Origin: Myxococcota bacterium
GTDB taxonomy: Bacteria > Myxococcota_C > UBA6777
Assembly: GCA_963169055.1 (NCBI GenBank)
Contig: CAUJFU010000170.1
Location: 202 to 64,201 of the forward strand
DNA length: 64,000 bases
Reading direction: 5' to 3'
The translations under genes and the position numbers were made by a program. The notes under the pieces are model-generated. The model saw only the letters and a program-made list of their open reading frames with translations. It ran no database searches and had not been told where the DNA came from. Of the stretch, positions 33,061 through 41,348 are shown piece by piece (the first letter of the stretch is position 1; each line of letters starts with the position of its first letter).

Positions 33061-35232
33061 TCAGCCCGCCACTTTGAAAATGAAGGGGTAGTTGACGTCG
33101 ACAACACCACCACCTTGGGGAACGGGAAACTTCCAGCGGATGATACGGCGCGTGATGCAGTTTTCCACGGCATCGTTGTTCATGGTGGTCGATTTGACGT
33201 TGGCCGTTTCGACAGCGCCTGTTCCTCCGATGCGCCATGCGATCACGACCTTCCCGCCGAGTTTGGGGTTTTTCGTGAGTTCTTTTTCGTAGCAATAACG
33301 GATCTGCGCCCAGTGCATCTGGATAACGCGAGCGATCTGCTCTTTGGTCAGAGCGCCTTTGAGGATCAAGCGGCCCGGTTGGATCTGTGTGATGGTTTTG
33401 CCGCGCCCTTGCCCGCGAAGGTTCATTCCGCCGCGACCGTACACGCGCTTGCGGCCACCGTATCCCCAGCTACCGCCGCCATAACCACCGCCGCCGCCAC
33501 CGCCACCTGCACCAAAGCCACGGCCTGCGCCGCCCATCCCAAAGGATGCACCACCCGCAGAGCCAAGCAGCTTGCCAAGAAACTGTTGATCTTGAGCTTT
33601 CCCAAACAGATCGCCACCGGGACCCATATCGCCCATCCCGCTAGAGAGAAGGCCCAACAGACCCGACTTCTTCACCCGCTGCATGTCTCGTTGTTTTGGA
33701 TCCGCAGGGGCATCTTCTTTCGGGGCTTCTTTGGTCTCGTCCGTCTTCTTGTCTTCTTTGATATCTTCGTCTTTTTTCTCTTCTTTTTTCAGCTCAAACT
33801 TCTTTTCTTGCTTCTTTTTGATCTCGGGTGGTGGAACCACGATCATCTTGGCAAAGCGGCCTTTGAGGACGGTTTCACCGAGCGCCATCGGTCCAAGCGG
33901 AACGAATTGAAACATCAAGATCATCGCTGAGTGAACGATCGCAGAAAAAGCAATCACGCGCCAAAACAGATAGTCGCGGTTGCGGTATGCGTCGCTGTTG
34001 TAAGCCTTGGTGGGGTAAGTGTAAGAGAATTCGATGTTGAGGCTTTGGCCTTCAAGAGCGAAAACCTCGCCCGGAGCCACCGCATACACTTGTCCGTCGA
34101 GTCCATGGACACTTTTGCTGCTAAACTGGCCTTTGAGCGCGTCTGCGGAAACCACCGTCCCATCGGCTTTTGTCAAAACTGGATGGAAGGCGTTGGTAAA
34201 GAACACCCCAAAGCTCCCTTGGAAGGGGATAACGAGGGGATAGTTTTGATCGGGGAACTTTTCATCGGCGAACGAAAAGTCGTTGAGAGGGTGGGTTCCG
34301 ACGGTCACGATGCGGGGGCGATCGAAGTGGCCGACCTCGACGGGGGTTCCGTCCAAAAGAAAGCGCACTTGGAAAAGGCGTTCGCCTTTGCTTTGATCTT
34401 CTTGAACGAGATCTCGGCGGATACTTGGGGGAAGTTGATCGTCTGGAATCGGCGTGGTGTCGATCAGGATCGGGGCTGCAGGTTCTGCGATCAGCGGAGC
34501 GCCATAGTCACTCGCAGGAGGAGCCGCTGCTGCCGATGGGATGCGCATCTCGTCGCGGACAAAATTGGCCATGATCACGCTGCTTGGGGCGGGAGGTAGT
34601 GGTTCGTCTGTGACGGGGAAATCGGGTTCTTGGTCGAGTTCGGCTTCGCCGCCAAAGTCCCCGTCGTTGTCAAAGGGAGAAGATTTGATTCCTGCGAAGG
34701 GATCGGCTTTTTTGTCGAATGCGAAGTCTTCTTCTTCCATCACAGGCGGAAGCAGCAAATCGTCATCTTCGCGCTTGCTTTTGGCCGAAACAGCCTTGCC
34801 AAAGTCAGGCAACGGGCGCTTGACGGTCGGGCCTTCAGCTTCGCCGGGCGCACCGAATACATTGAGGATATCATCGTCGGCATCTGCGATGTTTCCGAAC
34901 ATGGGAGCCGCAACTTCGCCGGGAGGGTTTCCAAACACGCGGATGTACGAGCTTCCGATCTGAACGAGATCGCCGTCTTCGATCTGGGCCTCACCATCGA
35001 TCTTTCTGCCGTTGTGGAGGGTTCCTTCGCTGCTCCATCCAAGATCGCTCAAAAGGATCTCGCCATGTTCGTTGACTTTGAGCATGGCATGGATGCGGGA
35101 GACTTGCGGATCTTCCATGCGCAAGTGCGCTGCGGGGCCGCTCCCGATGATGATGTTTTCTTGGGAATATTTGTTGGTGTCCACCACACTATCCCCATCC
35201 AAGATCTGGATATAAACCGTTTTCTTTTCCAT
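33061..35232 (-). CDS. FHA-domain / single-TM / AgmX-PglI C-terminal-domain protein (GltG/NfsG-like)
   Basis: N-terminal FHA (IIIGSGPAAHLRMEDPQVSRIHAMLKVNEHGEILLSDLGWSSEGTLHNGRKI...GDLVQIG). TM WRVIAFSAIVHSAMILMFQFV, a K/E-rich segment and a Gly-rich segment. The C-terminus IRYCYEKELTKNPKLGGKVVIAWRIGGTGAVETANVKSTTMNNDAVENCITRRIIRWKFPVPQGGGVVDVNYPFIFK fits the TonB_C-like AgmX/PglI C-terminal pattern as I remember it. Confidence 0.85.
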   Translation of the reverse strand: MEKKTVYIQILDGDSVVDTNKYSQENIIIGSGPAAHLRMEDPQVSRIHAMLKVNEHGEILLSDLGWSSEGTLHNGRKIDGEAQIEDGDLVQIGSSYIRVFGNPPGEVAAPMFGNIADADDDILNVFGAPGEAEGPTVKRPLPDFGKAVSAKSKREDDDLLLPPVMEEEDFAFDKKADPFAGIKSSPFDNDGDFGGEAELDQEPDFPVTDEPLPPAPSSVIMANFVRDEMRIPSAAAAPPASDYGAPLIAEPAAPILIDTTPIPDDQLPPSIRRDLVQEDQSKGERLFQVRFLLDGTPVEVGHFDRPRIVTVGTHPLNDFSFADEKFPDQNYPLVIPFQGSFGVFFTNAFHPVLTKADGTVVSADALKGQFSSKSVHGLDGQVYAVAPGEVFALEGQSLNIEFSYTYPTKAYNSDAYRNRDYLFWRVIAFSAIVHSAMILMFQFVPLGPMALGETVLKGRFAKMIVVPPPEIKKKQEKKFELKKEEKKDEDIKEDKKTDETKEAPKEDAPADPKQRDMQRVKKSGLLGLLSSGMGDMGPGGDLFGKAQDQQFLGKLLGSAGGASFGMGGAGRGFGAGGGGGGGGYGGGSWGYGGRKRVYGRGGMNLRGQGRGKTITQIQPGRLILKGALTKEQIARVIQMHWAQIRYCYEKELTKNPKLGGKVVIAWRIGGTGAVETANVKSTTMNNDAVENCITRRIIRWKFPVPQGGGVVDVNYPFIFKVAG

Positions 35233-35358
35233 ATTTGTTCGTCAGCCTCGCGGGGTCAAAAAGATACAAAGAAGGTGTCGCGTTTTGGATAAACGCGGGG
35301 TGTTCGAATCGATTCGAGAAGAGAGGAGAAGTGCAGAGTGGGTCAAGAGGATCGATGG

Positions 35359-35643
35359 TTAGAGCTTGAGAGCGTTTTGCATCAGTTCGGGATTAAAGTC
35401 TTTGCGTGGCTGGATCAAACTGTCGAACTTCACGCGGCTGCGTTGAACCATGTAGCTTCCTTCGGGCTTGATCAATTCACCTTCCACCGCGCTGCCATCG
35501 AAGTCGATCTTCGTGTTCTTTTTGTACATCACGCGATCTTCGCCTTTGATGATCTTGACACGGGTTTGGGCCATCGCTGAACCCGTTGCCATCGCGGACA
35601 TTGCAAAAAACACAGCCATTGCGGTCAACATGCTTTTTTTCAT
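35359..35643 (-). CDS. Small secreted protein (GltF/NfsF-like by size and position)
   Basis: ATG 35643 follows AAGGAG. MKKSMLTAMAVFFAMSAMATGSAMA/Q is a signal peptide, and the mature part is ~68 aa. It occupies the slot between the GltE-like and GltG-like genes. The assignment rests on synteny and size only. Confidence 0.55.
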   Translation of the reverse strand: MKKSMLTAMAVFFAMSAMATGSAMAQTRVKIIKGEDRVMYKKNTKIDFDGSAVEGELIKPEGSYMVQRSRVKFDSLIQPRKDFNPELMQNALKL

Positions 35644-35715
35644 CGGTCGCTCCTTTTTCTCGTTGTATCCGAGTGAATCAACGATTCCCCGAATCCTCTG
35701 TGCATAATCCGGCAA

Positions 35716-35745
35716 AGTGTAAGTCGGTTCTGCCGCCCTTGTCAA
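35716..35745 (-). promoter_or_regulatory. Candidate sigma-70-type promoter for the GltF-like/GltG-like genes
   Basis: The minus strand reads TTGACA-N18-TACACT: a perfect -35 hexamer and a 4/6 match to the -10 hexamer. It lies ~75 nt upstream of the ATG at 35643. Confidence 0.3.
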
Positions 35746-35897
35746 GTCCTGATCGGCTCTTCTCTTCTCTTGCGCTTGGACAACCACTTTCTTGTCGGGT
35801 TCCGATCTTTTTTTCCCTATAGGGGTGACATCGTTTGGTGGTTTTTGTGGGGCGCGACCTCATCCGAAATCCGCCCGTGATATGCACGAAACATGGT

Positions 35898-36006
35898 GGG
35901 GCAGCAAGGCATGATGGCCGCCCAAGAACAGGCACCAAGCCTTTTGCAGAACGGAGTGCGCGCAAGGCAGCAAGGTGTGGCTGCCCAAGAACAGGGCGTC
36001 TACAGC
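35898..36006. repeat. Two tandem copies (one degenerate) of an intergenic palindromic repeat; core GTGGCTGCCCAA-N5-GGGCGTCTAC
   Basis: Copy A reads GGGGCAGCAAGGCATGATGGCCGCCCAAGAACAGGCAC (35898-35935). Copy B reads GGCAGCAAGGTGTGGCTGCCCAAGAACAGGGCGTCTAC, with its core at 35977-36003. Each has a GGCAGC/GCTGCC stem. Both lie in the 430-bp spacer between the GltE-like and GltF-like genes. Confidence 0.6.
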
Positions 36007-36072
36007 AAATCGTTTCAACGTTTCGATCACATCTCTCGGAGATCGTACAAGTCTGACAGAAGAAAAGCGTGA

Positions 36073-37377
36073 TTAAGAGCGAGGGGCAGGGGCAGGAGCG
36101 GTAGGTGCGAGAGTCGTAGGCGCGGGGGTCGTAGGCGCGGGAGTCGTAGGTGCGGGAGTCGTAGGCGCGGGAGTCGTAGGCGCGGGAGTCGTAGGCGCGG
36201 GAGTCGTAGGTGCGGGTTTGGGGGTGGCTTTTTTGGGTTCTTTTTTGGGTTCGGTGCCGATCTTCGAGAGACGGTCTTTGGCTTGTACGATAAACTTGCG
36301 CGCATCTTCGAAGCTTTGGAGCTTTTTGGCGTCAGGATGAGCAAGGAACTTATCGAACAATTTTTCTGAGCTTTTTTGGGTTTCTGTATTCTTGCTGTTG
36401 AAGAGGATGACACCGTGTTGAAAGACGGCTTCGGGATCGTCTGGGCGAAGGGTGAGGATGCGATCATACACTTCTTTGGCTTCGTTCATGCGTTCCATGC
36501 CCATCAAAGCGACGCCGTAGTTGCGGTTGGCGTAGAGATTGTTGGGCTGTTGTTTCAGAACTTTGCTGAAGTGATCGATGGCTGTTTTCCAAGCGCCGTT
36601 TTGGATAGCGATGGTTCCGAGGTTCATGTGCGCTTGGGTGTTCATCGAATCGTGTTTAAGGGCTTCGTGGAACTGCGCTGCTGCACGGGTGAGGTCTTGT
36701 TTCTTCATGTAGACCATCCCGAGGTTGTTGTAAAAGCCGGGGTCTTTTTTGTCGACTTGTTGAAGGGCGATGGTCGCGACAAGTTCGGCTTGGTTGTAGC
36801 GCTCCCATTCGTAGTAAAGCAGAATTAGGTTGCGATAGGCTTGAACATTTTTGTCATCGCGAGAGAGAACAAGTTGGGCTAACTTTTCAGCCTGATCGTA
36901 TTTTTTGGCTTTTCGATACAACATCGCGAGGTTATTTTTGAGTTCAAGATTGTCGGGGTTGTTCTTACTGAAATCTTCAAAGATGGTGAGCGCTTTGTCG
37001 ATCTTGTTTGCGCGGATATAGGCTTGTGCGAGTTCTCCGCGAACTTCTTGGTTGCCGGGGTTTGCGGTGGCGTATTTCTCGTAGTGACCGAGGGCTTCGT
37101 CATGGCGCTCTTGTTTTTCGTAGAGCTTGCCAAGAAACAGAGAGGCTTTGGTCAGGTTGGGGTCTTTGTCGAGGGCTTTTTTGCAAAGTTCCGTTGCCGC
37201 AGTGACGGAAGCAGCGGAATCATCGCCCATTTTGGCTTTGCACTCGATCAGATATTCTTGTGCGCTTTTTTCTTGGACGACCGTCTTGATCGGGTCTTTT
37301 TTGACCTGCGTACCCGTACAAGCGGGTCCGACGGCAAGGGCGGCAGCGCATCCGAGGAAAAGAACAAAGCGTTGCAT
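36073..37377 (-). CDS. TPR-repeat lipoprotein with C-terminal (APTTP)n tail (GltE/AglT/NfsE-like)
   Basis: MQRFVLFLGC lipobox. There are at least 7 canonical TPR units (e.g. ASLFLGKLYEKQERHDEALGHYEKYATANPGN, LKNNLAMLYRKAKKYDQAEKL, FYNNLGMVYMKKQDLTRAAAQFHEALKHD). The tail is K-rich and then APTTP x7. Confidence 0.8.
   Translation of the reverse strand: MQRFVLFLGCAAALAVGPACTGTQVKKDPIKTVVQEKSAQEYLIECKAKMGDDSAASVTAATELCKKALDKDPNLTKASLFLGKLYEKQERHDEALGHYEKYATANPGNQEVRGELAQAYIRANKIDKALTIFEDFSKNNPDNLELKNNLAMLYRKAKKYDQAEKLAQLVLSRDDKNVQAYRNLILLYYEWERYNQAELVATIALQQVDKKDPGFYNNLGMVYMKKQDLTRAAAQFHEALKHDSMNTQAHMNLGTIAIQNGAWKTAIDHFSKVLKQQPNNLYANRNYGVALMGMERMNEAKEVYDRILTLRPDDPEAVFQHGVILFNSKNTETQKSSEKLFDKFLAHPDAKKLQSFEDARKFIVQAKDRLSKIGTEPKKEPKKATPKPAPTTPAPTTPAPTTPAPTTPAPTTPAPTTPAPTTLAPTAPAPAPRS
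36103..36206 (-). repeat. Coding 15-bp tandem repeat x7 encoding (APTTP)7
   Basis: The plus-strand unit GTCGTAGG(C/T)GCGGGA repeats seven times. It translates on the minus strand to APTTPAPTTPAPTTP... at the C-terminus of the GltE-like lipoprotein. Confidence 0.9.
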
Positions 37378-37439
37378 ACAAATCGATCCTTCTTTTTACA
37401 GGTTAGCCCACAGATTCCGAGCCATTCGGCTTGGTGGAT

Positions 37440-40400
37440 TCACATCCCCAACACAGAGTCGCCGTCTTTTTTGGGCTGCTTTGATTCAGCGGCTTTGTCG
37501 GCTTGGGGGGTGGTGTCCTTGGCGTCTTTTCCGTCATTGGCCGGTGCTGCGGGTTTTTTGAGCATATCTGGTGTGGCTTTTTTCGAAAGATCGAGCTTGG
37601 AGAGGGTGGGTTCGATCAACCAGAAGCGGGTTTCGCGTTTGCTGAGGACGGTATAAGGGTTCACTTGGTTAAGTTTGCGTGTGATCTGGTTGCGGCGCAG
37701 TTCGACTTGGCGGGTCCATTCGTTGTAGAGGCCGAGTTCTGCGGCTCTCTTCAACACAGCGGAATACCCTTCGATGGCGGCGTCTTCGTAGCGCAGCGCA
37801 ACGTTTTCGATCTCGCTTTTGTACATCTGTTGGAGGTCGGGAGACAGGTCTTTGGGGACGGGGGCGGCGAAGATCTTTTCCACGAAGATGTGGGTGATCT
37901 CGTTCATGCGAAAGACCGCAGCAAGCGTCCATTTGGCGACGCCGTACCCTGCAACGGCGGAGTAGTCGCCTCGCAGAGCCGTTCCTGTTTTGATGATGTT
38001 TTTGAGAACACCTTTGTCTTTGCGGCTGTTCCCCGTGAATTGGATGGAGATATAAGAGCGTCGTCGTCGTTCTGCCAAGAAGAATCGGGCTTGAGCGAGG
38101 GATTCAAGGGCGGGGCCTTGGCCCATAATGCCCTTGATCTTGTGGCGAACCATCTGATCACCGAGCGCAACGACGATCATGTAGCGTTTTTCAGTTTCGG
38201 CGTTGTTTCCGAGTTTTTCGTTGGCGGCGGCGATGTGCGCGTGTGCGTACAACAAGAGATCGTTTTCCACCAAGTCGTTCTTCAGCGTGTTCAGGGTTTT
38301 CAAGACGGCGGGTGCCCCCTTGGCATCGAGATCCCGCTCAAAGCGCCGAACTGCGGTCGTTAAGAACGTGGAGACTTTGGCGTCTTGATACTTGGCGAGG
38401 TACACTTCAAAGGCTTCGATGGCGGCTTTCCATGCTTTGTTGTCTTCGTGGACGGTGGCGATGGCAAGGTAAAGTTTCGCGACTTCCTTGTCATCGGGGA
38501 AACGGCGGATGAAGTCCTTGTAAAGGATGATAGCGCGCTCGCTTTGTTGGAGGCCGCGACGATACAGGGCTGCGCTGTAGATAGCGCGATTTTGTTGGGC
38601 GAGCTTTTTCTTTTCGGTGTCTTCAGAGGATTCTTTGGCAACAACTTTGCCTTTTTTTCCTCTCTTTTTGGCGACTTTCTTTTTAACGACTTTTTTCTTT
38701 TTGCCTTTTTTCGGCGCGGCACCGTTTTCTTCGGCACTCTCAAGAATCTTCATCACGTCTTTGTCGCCGTACACATATTTTTCATACCACGACGCGGACT
38801 TGTCGTAGTTGGCGATCTGCTCGTAGTGACCGCCGAGTTCGAACTTGATCTGATCAACGAAATTGGTTTCGGGATAGCGGCTCACCATCAGTTCGCGGTA
38901 CTTGATGGCATCGAGGATGCGCTTGGAGTTGTTGAAGTTGTTTCCTGCGATGGCAAGGGCGTTTGGGGCGCGAGGGCTCATCACAAAGCTTTTCTTGGTG
39001 ACCCAAGGGCCTGTTTTCCCAAATTCATCTTCGTATTTGACGAGTTGTTCGGCGGTTTTGAGTGCGCCGAGCGTTTTTTGTTCAACGAAGATGCGCTGCC
39101 ATGCGGAGCGGATCACCATCTGGTACATCTCTTCTTTGAACTTGGCGTTTTTGGTGAGTTGTGGATCTTCGATGAAGATGCGTGCGTTTTGCTCCAATTG
39201 AGGCCAGTCTTGGAGGTCTTCGTAAGAATAGAGGATCATAAACGCCGCACGACGGCTGAGTTCGTGGGTGGGGAACTCTTTTGCCATCATGGAAAAGATG
39301 TTCATCGACTTACGGTAATGCTTGTAAGAATAGTAGATCGCGCCTGTCTTAAAGAAGCTTTGTAAGCGTTCTTCTTTGTCGGACTCTTTTTTGGGATCAA
39401 GGATGGTCAAATAACGCTCGTAGGCTTTCATTAAGCGTTGATCCCATTCTTTGATCGTGAGGCGAGTCCATGTGATCTTGCCGTCTTTGTCTTTGGTTAG
39501 ACCCTGAAGTTTTTTTCCGGCCCCTTTTAACTCGACGCTACCGGTACGTCCAGCAAGTGCTTCATAACAGAGGATCTCGGAGAAGGCCGCTTGTTTTTTA
39601 AACTGCCCTTGGATCTGGGTGCTGCGTTGGACCGTTTGGTCGTATTGGTAAGCAGCACGGGCGTAAACCTTGCGGGCATCTTCGGGAGGATTGTTCTTGC
39701 GGGTTTTGGGAGTGAGTTGTTGAGCTTTGCGGTAGAGCAGTTCAGCAAGGTAAAAGCGCAATTCATAAGCACTTTCCGAACTAGGATAATATTCTAGATA
39801 TTTTCCATAAAGTTGGATCGCAAAGTCGTAATAAAGTTCTTGGCGCTTGAGATTCTCTTTTTCTTTTTGGGCGTCTTGGTGGTAGCGCGTCGAGTATTCG
39901 AGCAGCGTTTGTTCTGCGGATTCGTTGGCTTCCTGCCAAACTTTCTTATCGCCGTTCCATCGTTTGTGCCAAGGGTTTTTATCATCAAAGTAAGCCATGA
40001 GGTTTTCAACTTCTTTGAAGATCTCTTGGGGTTTGGCGATTTTGGCGATGGAGCGGAGGACTTCGTTTTGGAAGAGAGGTGCTTCGGGGCCGAAGTTGTC
40101 GGGTTCGCCTTGGGGATTCATGGTCATCAAGAGCTTGTAGGTCTTGATGGAGAGGGGATAGTTGCCTTGGTTGTAGTAGCGACCCGCGAGGCGGCGTGTG
40201 GCTTTGTAGGCGTACACGGGCCCCATGATGGATTTGAAGTAATTGTAAGCGTCGTCCGAAACATCCAAACGTGCGAACACAAGGACAAGATCGCGCAAGG
40301 CTTCGTCGCGCAGGATCACTTTGCTTTCTTTGGTTTTGGCGTAGCGGATGGAGAGTTTGATCACGTGTTTGAATTGTTGGAGGGCTTTTTCGTACTCGCC

Positions 40401-41348
40401 GACGTTGAATTGACACCAGCCGATCATGTACATTGAACGAAGGTTGATGCCGCGCAAGTTGGCCTTGTCATCGAGAGAAAGATTGGGATCTTTGGCGCGT
40501 TCTGCGGTGATACGAAGGGCGGATTGGTAATTTTCGAGAGCGAGCTGGACTTTGTTTTTGGTGTTGTTGAAATAGTAGTCTGCAAGAGCCGTATAAGCAT
40601 CTGGAACATAACGACTATTTGGGTAATCTTTTAACAACCGAGTGAACATGGTGAGAGCTTCTTGCTTTTTGTCCATGTCCATGAAGTTGAAGCCGAGGTT
40701 GTAGACGACTTCGTCGGCGCGCTCGTATTTGGGGTAGAGTTGAAGCAGTTTTTTGTAGACGTTGACAGCGTTGGTGCGGTACACGTCGGCTTTGGAGAGT
40801 TCAGCTTTGGGAGCGGGAGGGCAGTTTTGGTTGTTGCGTTTGCGACAATCTTGGTCCCACTCTTCCATTTTTTTGTTGTGTTCTTCCATGGACAAGAATC
40901 GGAGATATTTGGATTCTTCCCAGTATTCTTCGGCCAATTGGTAGCGCAACTGTGCGTTGCGGGCGGGATCTTCTTCGTTGGGGATGAGGGTTTTGTAGGT
41001 GTTAATCTTTTGTTGGCGGATCTCGGCTTTGGCTTTGTCGGCAAAGACGCCAGCGGTGAGTCCTTTGATCTTTGCGGGGCGCTGGACTTGTTTTTTGGCT
41101 TCTTCTGCGCGGCGGCGCTCTTCTTCAAGTTCGCGTTGGGTTTTTTTGCGTTTGAGGTCGATCAGCAGCTTATCTTTTTGCTTGCGCTGAAGCTTGAGTT
41201 TTTGAAACGAGCCTTCCCGCTTGCCTTTTCGTTCAAAGTCTTTTTGGTCGTAGTTTTGCGCGGAAGCAAGGCCCAAAGAGAGTGCCCAGAGGGCGGCACA
41301 TCCAAGGCCGAGCAGCCACGCATACAACGAGTTATTTTGGCGGATCAT
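37440..41348 (-). CDS. Very large secreted TPR/coiled-coil protein (GltD/AgmU/NfsD-like)
   Basis: 1302 aa. Signal LYAWLLGLGCAALWALSLGLASA, a K/E/R coiled-coil segment, and TPR-like repeats throughout (e.g. ADEVVYNLGFNFMDMDKKQEALTMFTRLLKDYPNSRYVPDAYTALADYYF). An internal KKGKKKKVVKKKVAKKRGKKGK patch. The start overlaps the upstream stop (ATGA at 41345-41348). Confidence 0.85.
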   Translation of the reverse strand: MIRQNNSLYAWLLGLGCAALWALSLGLASAQNYDQKDFERKGKREGSFQKLKLQRKQKDKLLIDLKRKKTQRELEEERRRAEEAKKQVQRPAKIKGLTAGVFADKAKAEIRQQKINTYKTLIPNEEDPARNAQLRYQLAEEYWEESKYLRFLSMEEHNKKMEEWDQDCRKRNNQNCPPAPKAELSKADVYRTNAVNVYKKLLQLYPKYERADEVVYNLGFNFMDMDKKQEALTMFTRLLKDYPNSRYVPDAYTALADYYFNNTKNKVQLALENYQSALRITAERAKDPNLSLDDKANLRGINLRSMYMIGWCQFNVGEYEKALQQFKHVIKLSIRYAKTKESKVILRDEALRDLVLVFARLDVSDDAYNYFKSIMGPVYAYKATRRLAGRYYNQGNYPLSIKTYKLLMTMNPQGEPDNFGPEAPLFQNEVLRSIAKIAKPQEIFKEVENLMAYFDDKNPWHKRWNGDKKVWQEANESAEQTLLEYSTRYHQDAQKEKENLKRQELYYDFAIQLYGKYLEYYPSSESAYELRFYLAELLYRKAQQLTPKTRKNNPPEDARKVYARAAYQYDQTVQRSTQIQGQFKKQAAFSEILCYEALAGRTGSVELKGAGKKLQGLTKDKDGKITWTRLTIKEWDQRLMKAYERYLTILDPKKESDKEERLQSFFKTGAIYYSYKHYRKSMNIFSMMAKEFPTHELSRRAAFMILYSYEDLQDWPQLEQNARIFIEDPQLTKNAKFKEEMYQMVIRSAWQRIFVEQKTLGALKTAEQLVKYEDEFGKTGPWVTKKSFVMSPRAPNALAIAGNNFNNSKRILDAIKYRELMVSRYPETNFVDQIKFELGGHYEQIANYDKSASWYEKYVYGDKDVMKILESAEENGAAPKKGKKKKVVKKKVAKKRGKKGKVVAKESSEDTEKKKLAQQNRAIYSAALYRRGLQQSERAIILYKDFIRRFPDDKEVAKLYLAIATVHEDNKAWKAAIEAFEVYLAKYQDAKVSTFLTTAVRRFERDLDAKGAPAVLKTLNTLKNDLVENDLLLYAHAHIAAANEKLGNNAETEKRYMIVVALGDQMVRHKIKGIMGQGPALESLAQARFFLAERRRRSYISIQFTGNSRKDKGVLKNIIKTGTALRGDYSAVAGYGVAKWTLAAVFRMNEITHIFVEKIFAAPVPKDLSPDLQQMYKSEIENVALRYEDAAIEGYSAVLKRAAELGLYNEWTRQVELRRNQITRKLNQVNPYTVLSKRETRFWLIEPTLSKLDLSKKATPDMLKKPAAPANDGKDAKDTTPQADKAAESKQPKKDGDSVLGM

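Noticed and set aside
32823-33173. The longer version of the 32406-33173(-) ORF (255 aa).
   Set aside because: The N-terminal 117 codons overlap the 3' end of the GltG-like gene and are Ser/Pro/Arg-rich. Only the part from ATG 32822 has signal-peptide-like features, and even that call is tentative.
35296-35320. A GTTCGAATC tRNA T-loop-like word, raising the possibility of a tRNA gene.
   Set aside because: It is part of a perfect 14-bp palindrome. No acceptor stem, D-arm or anticodon arm can be drawn from the surrounding sequence.
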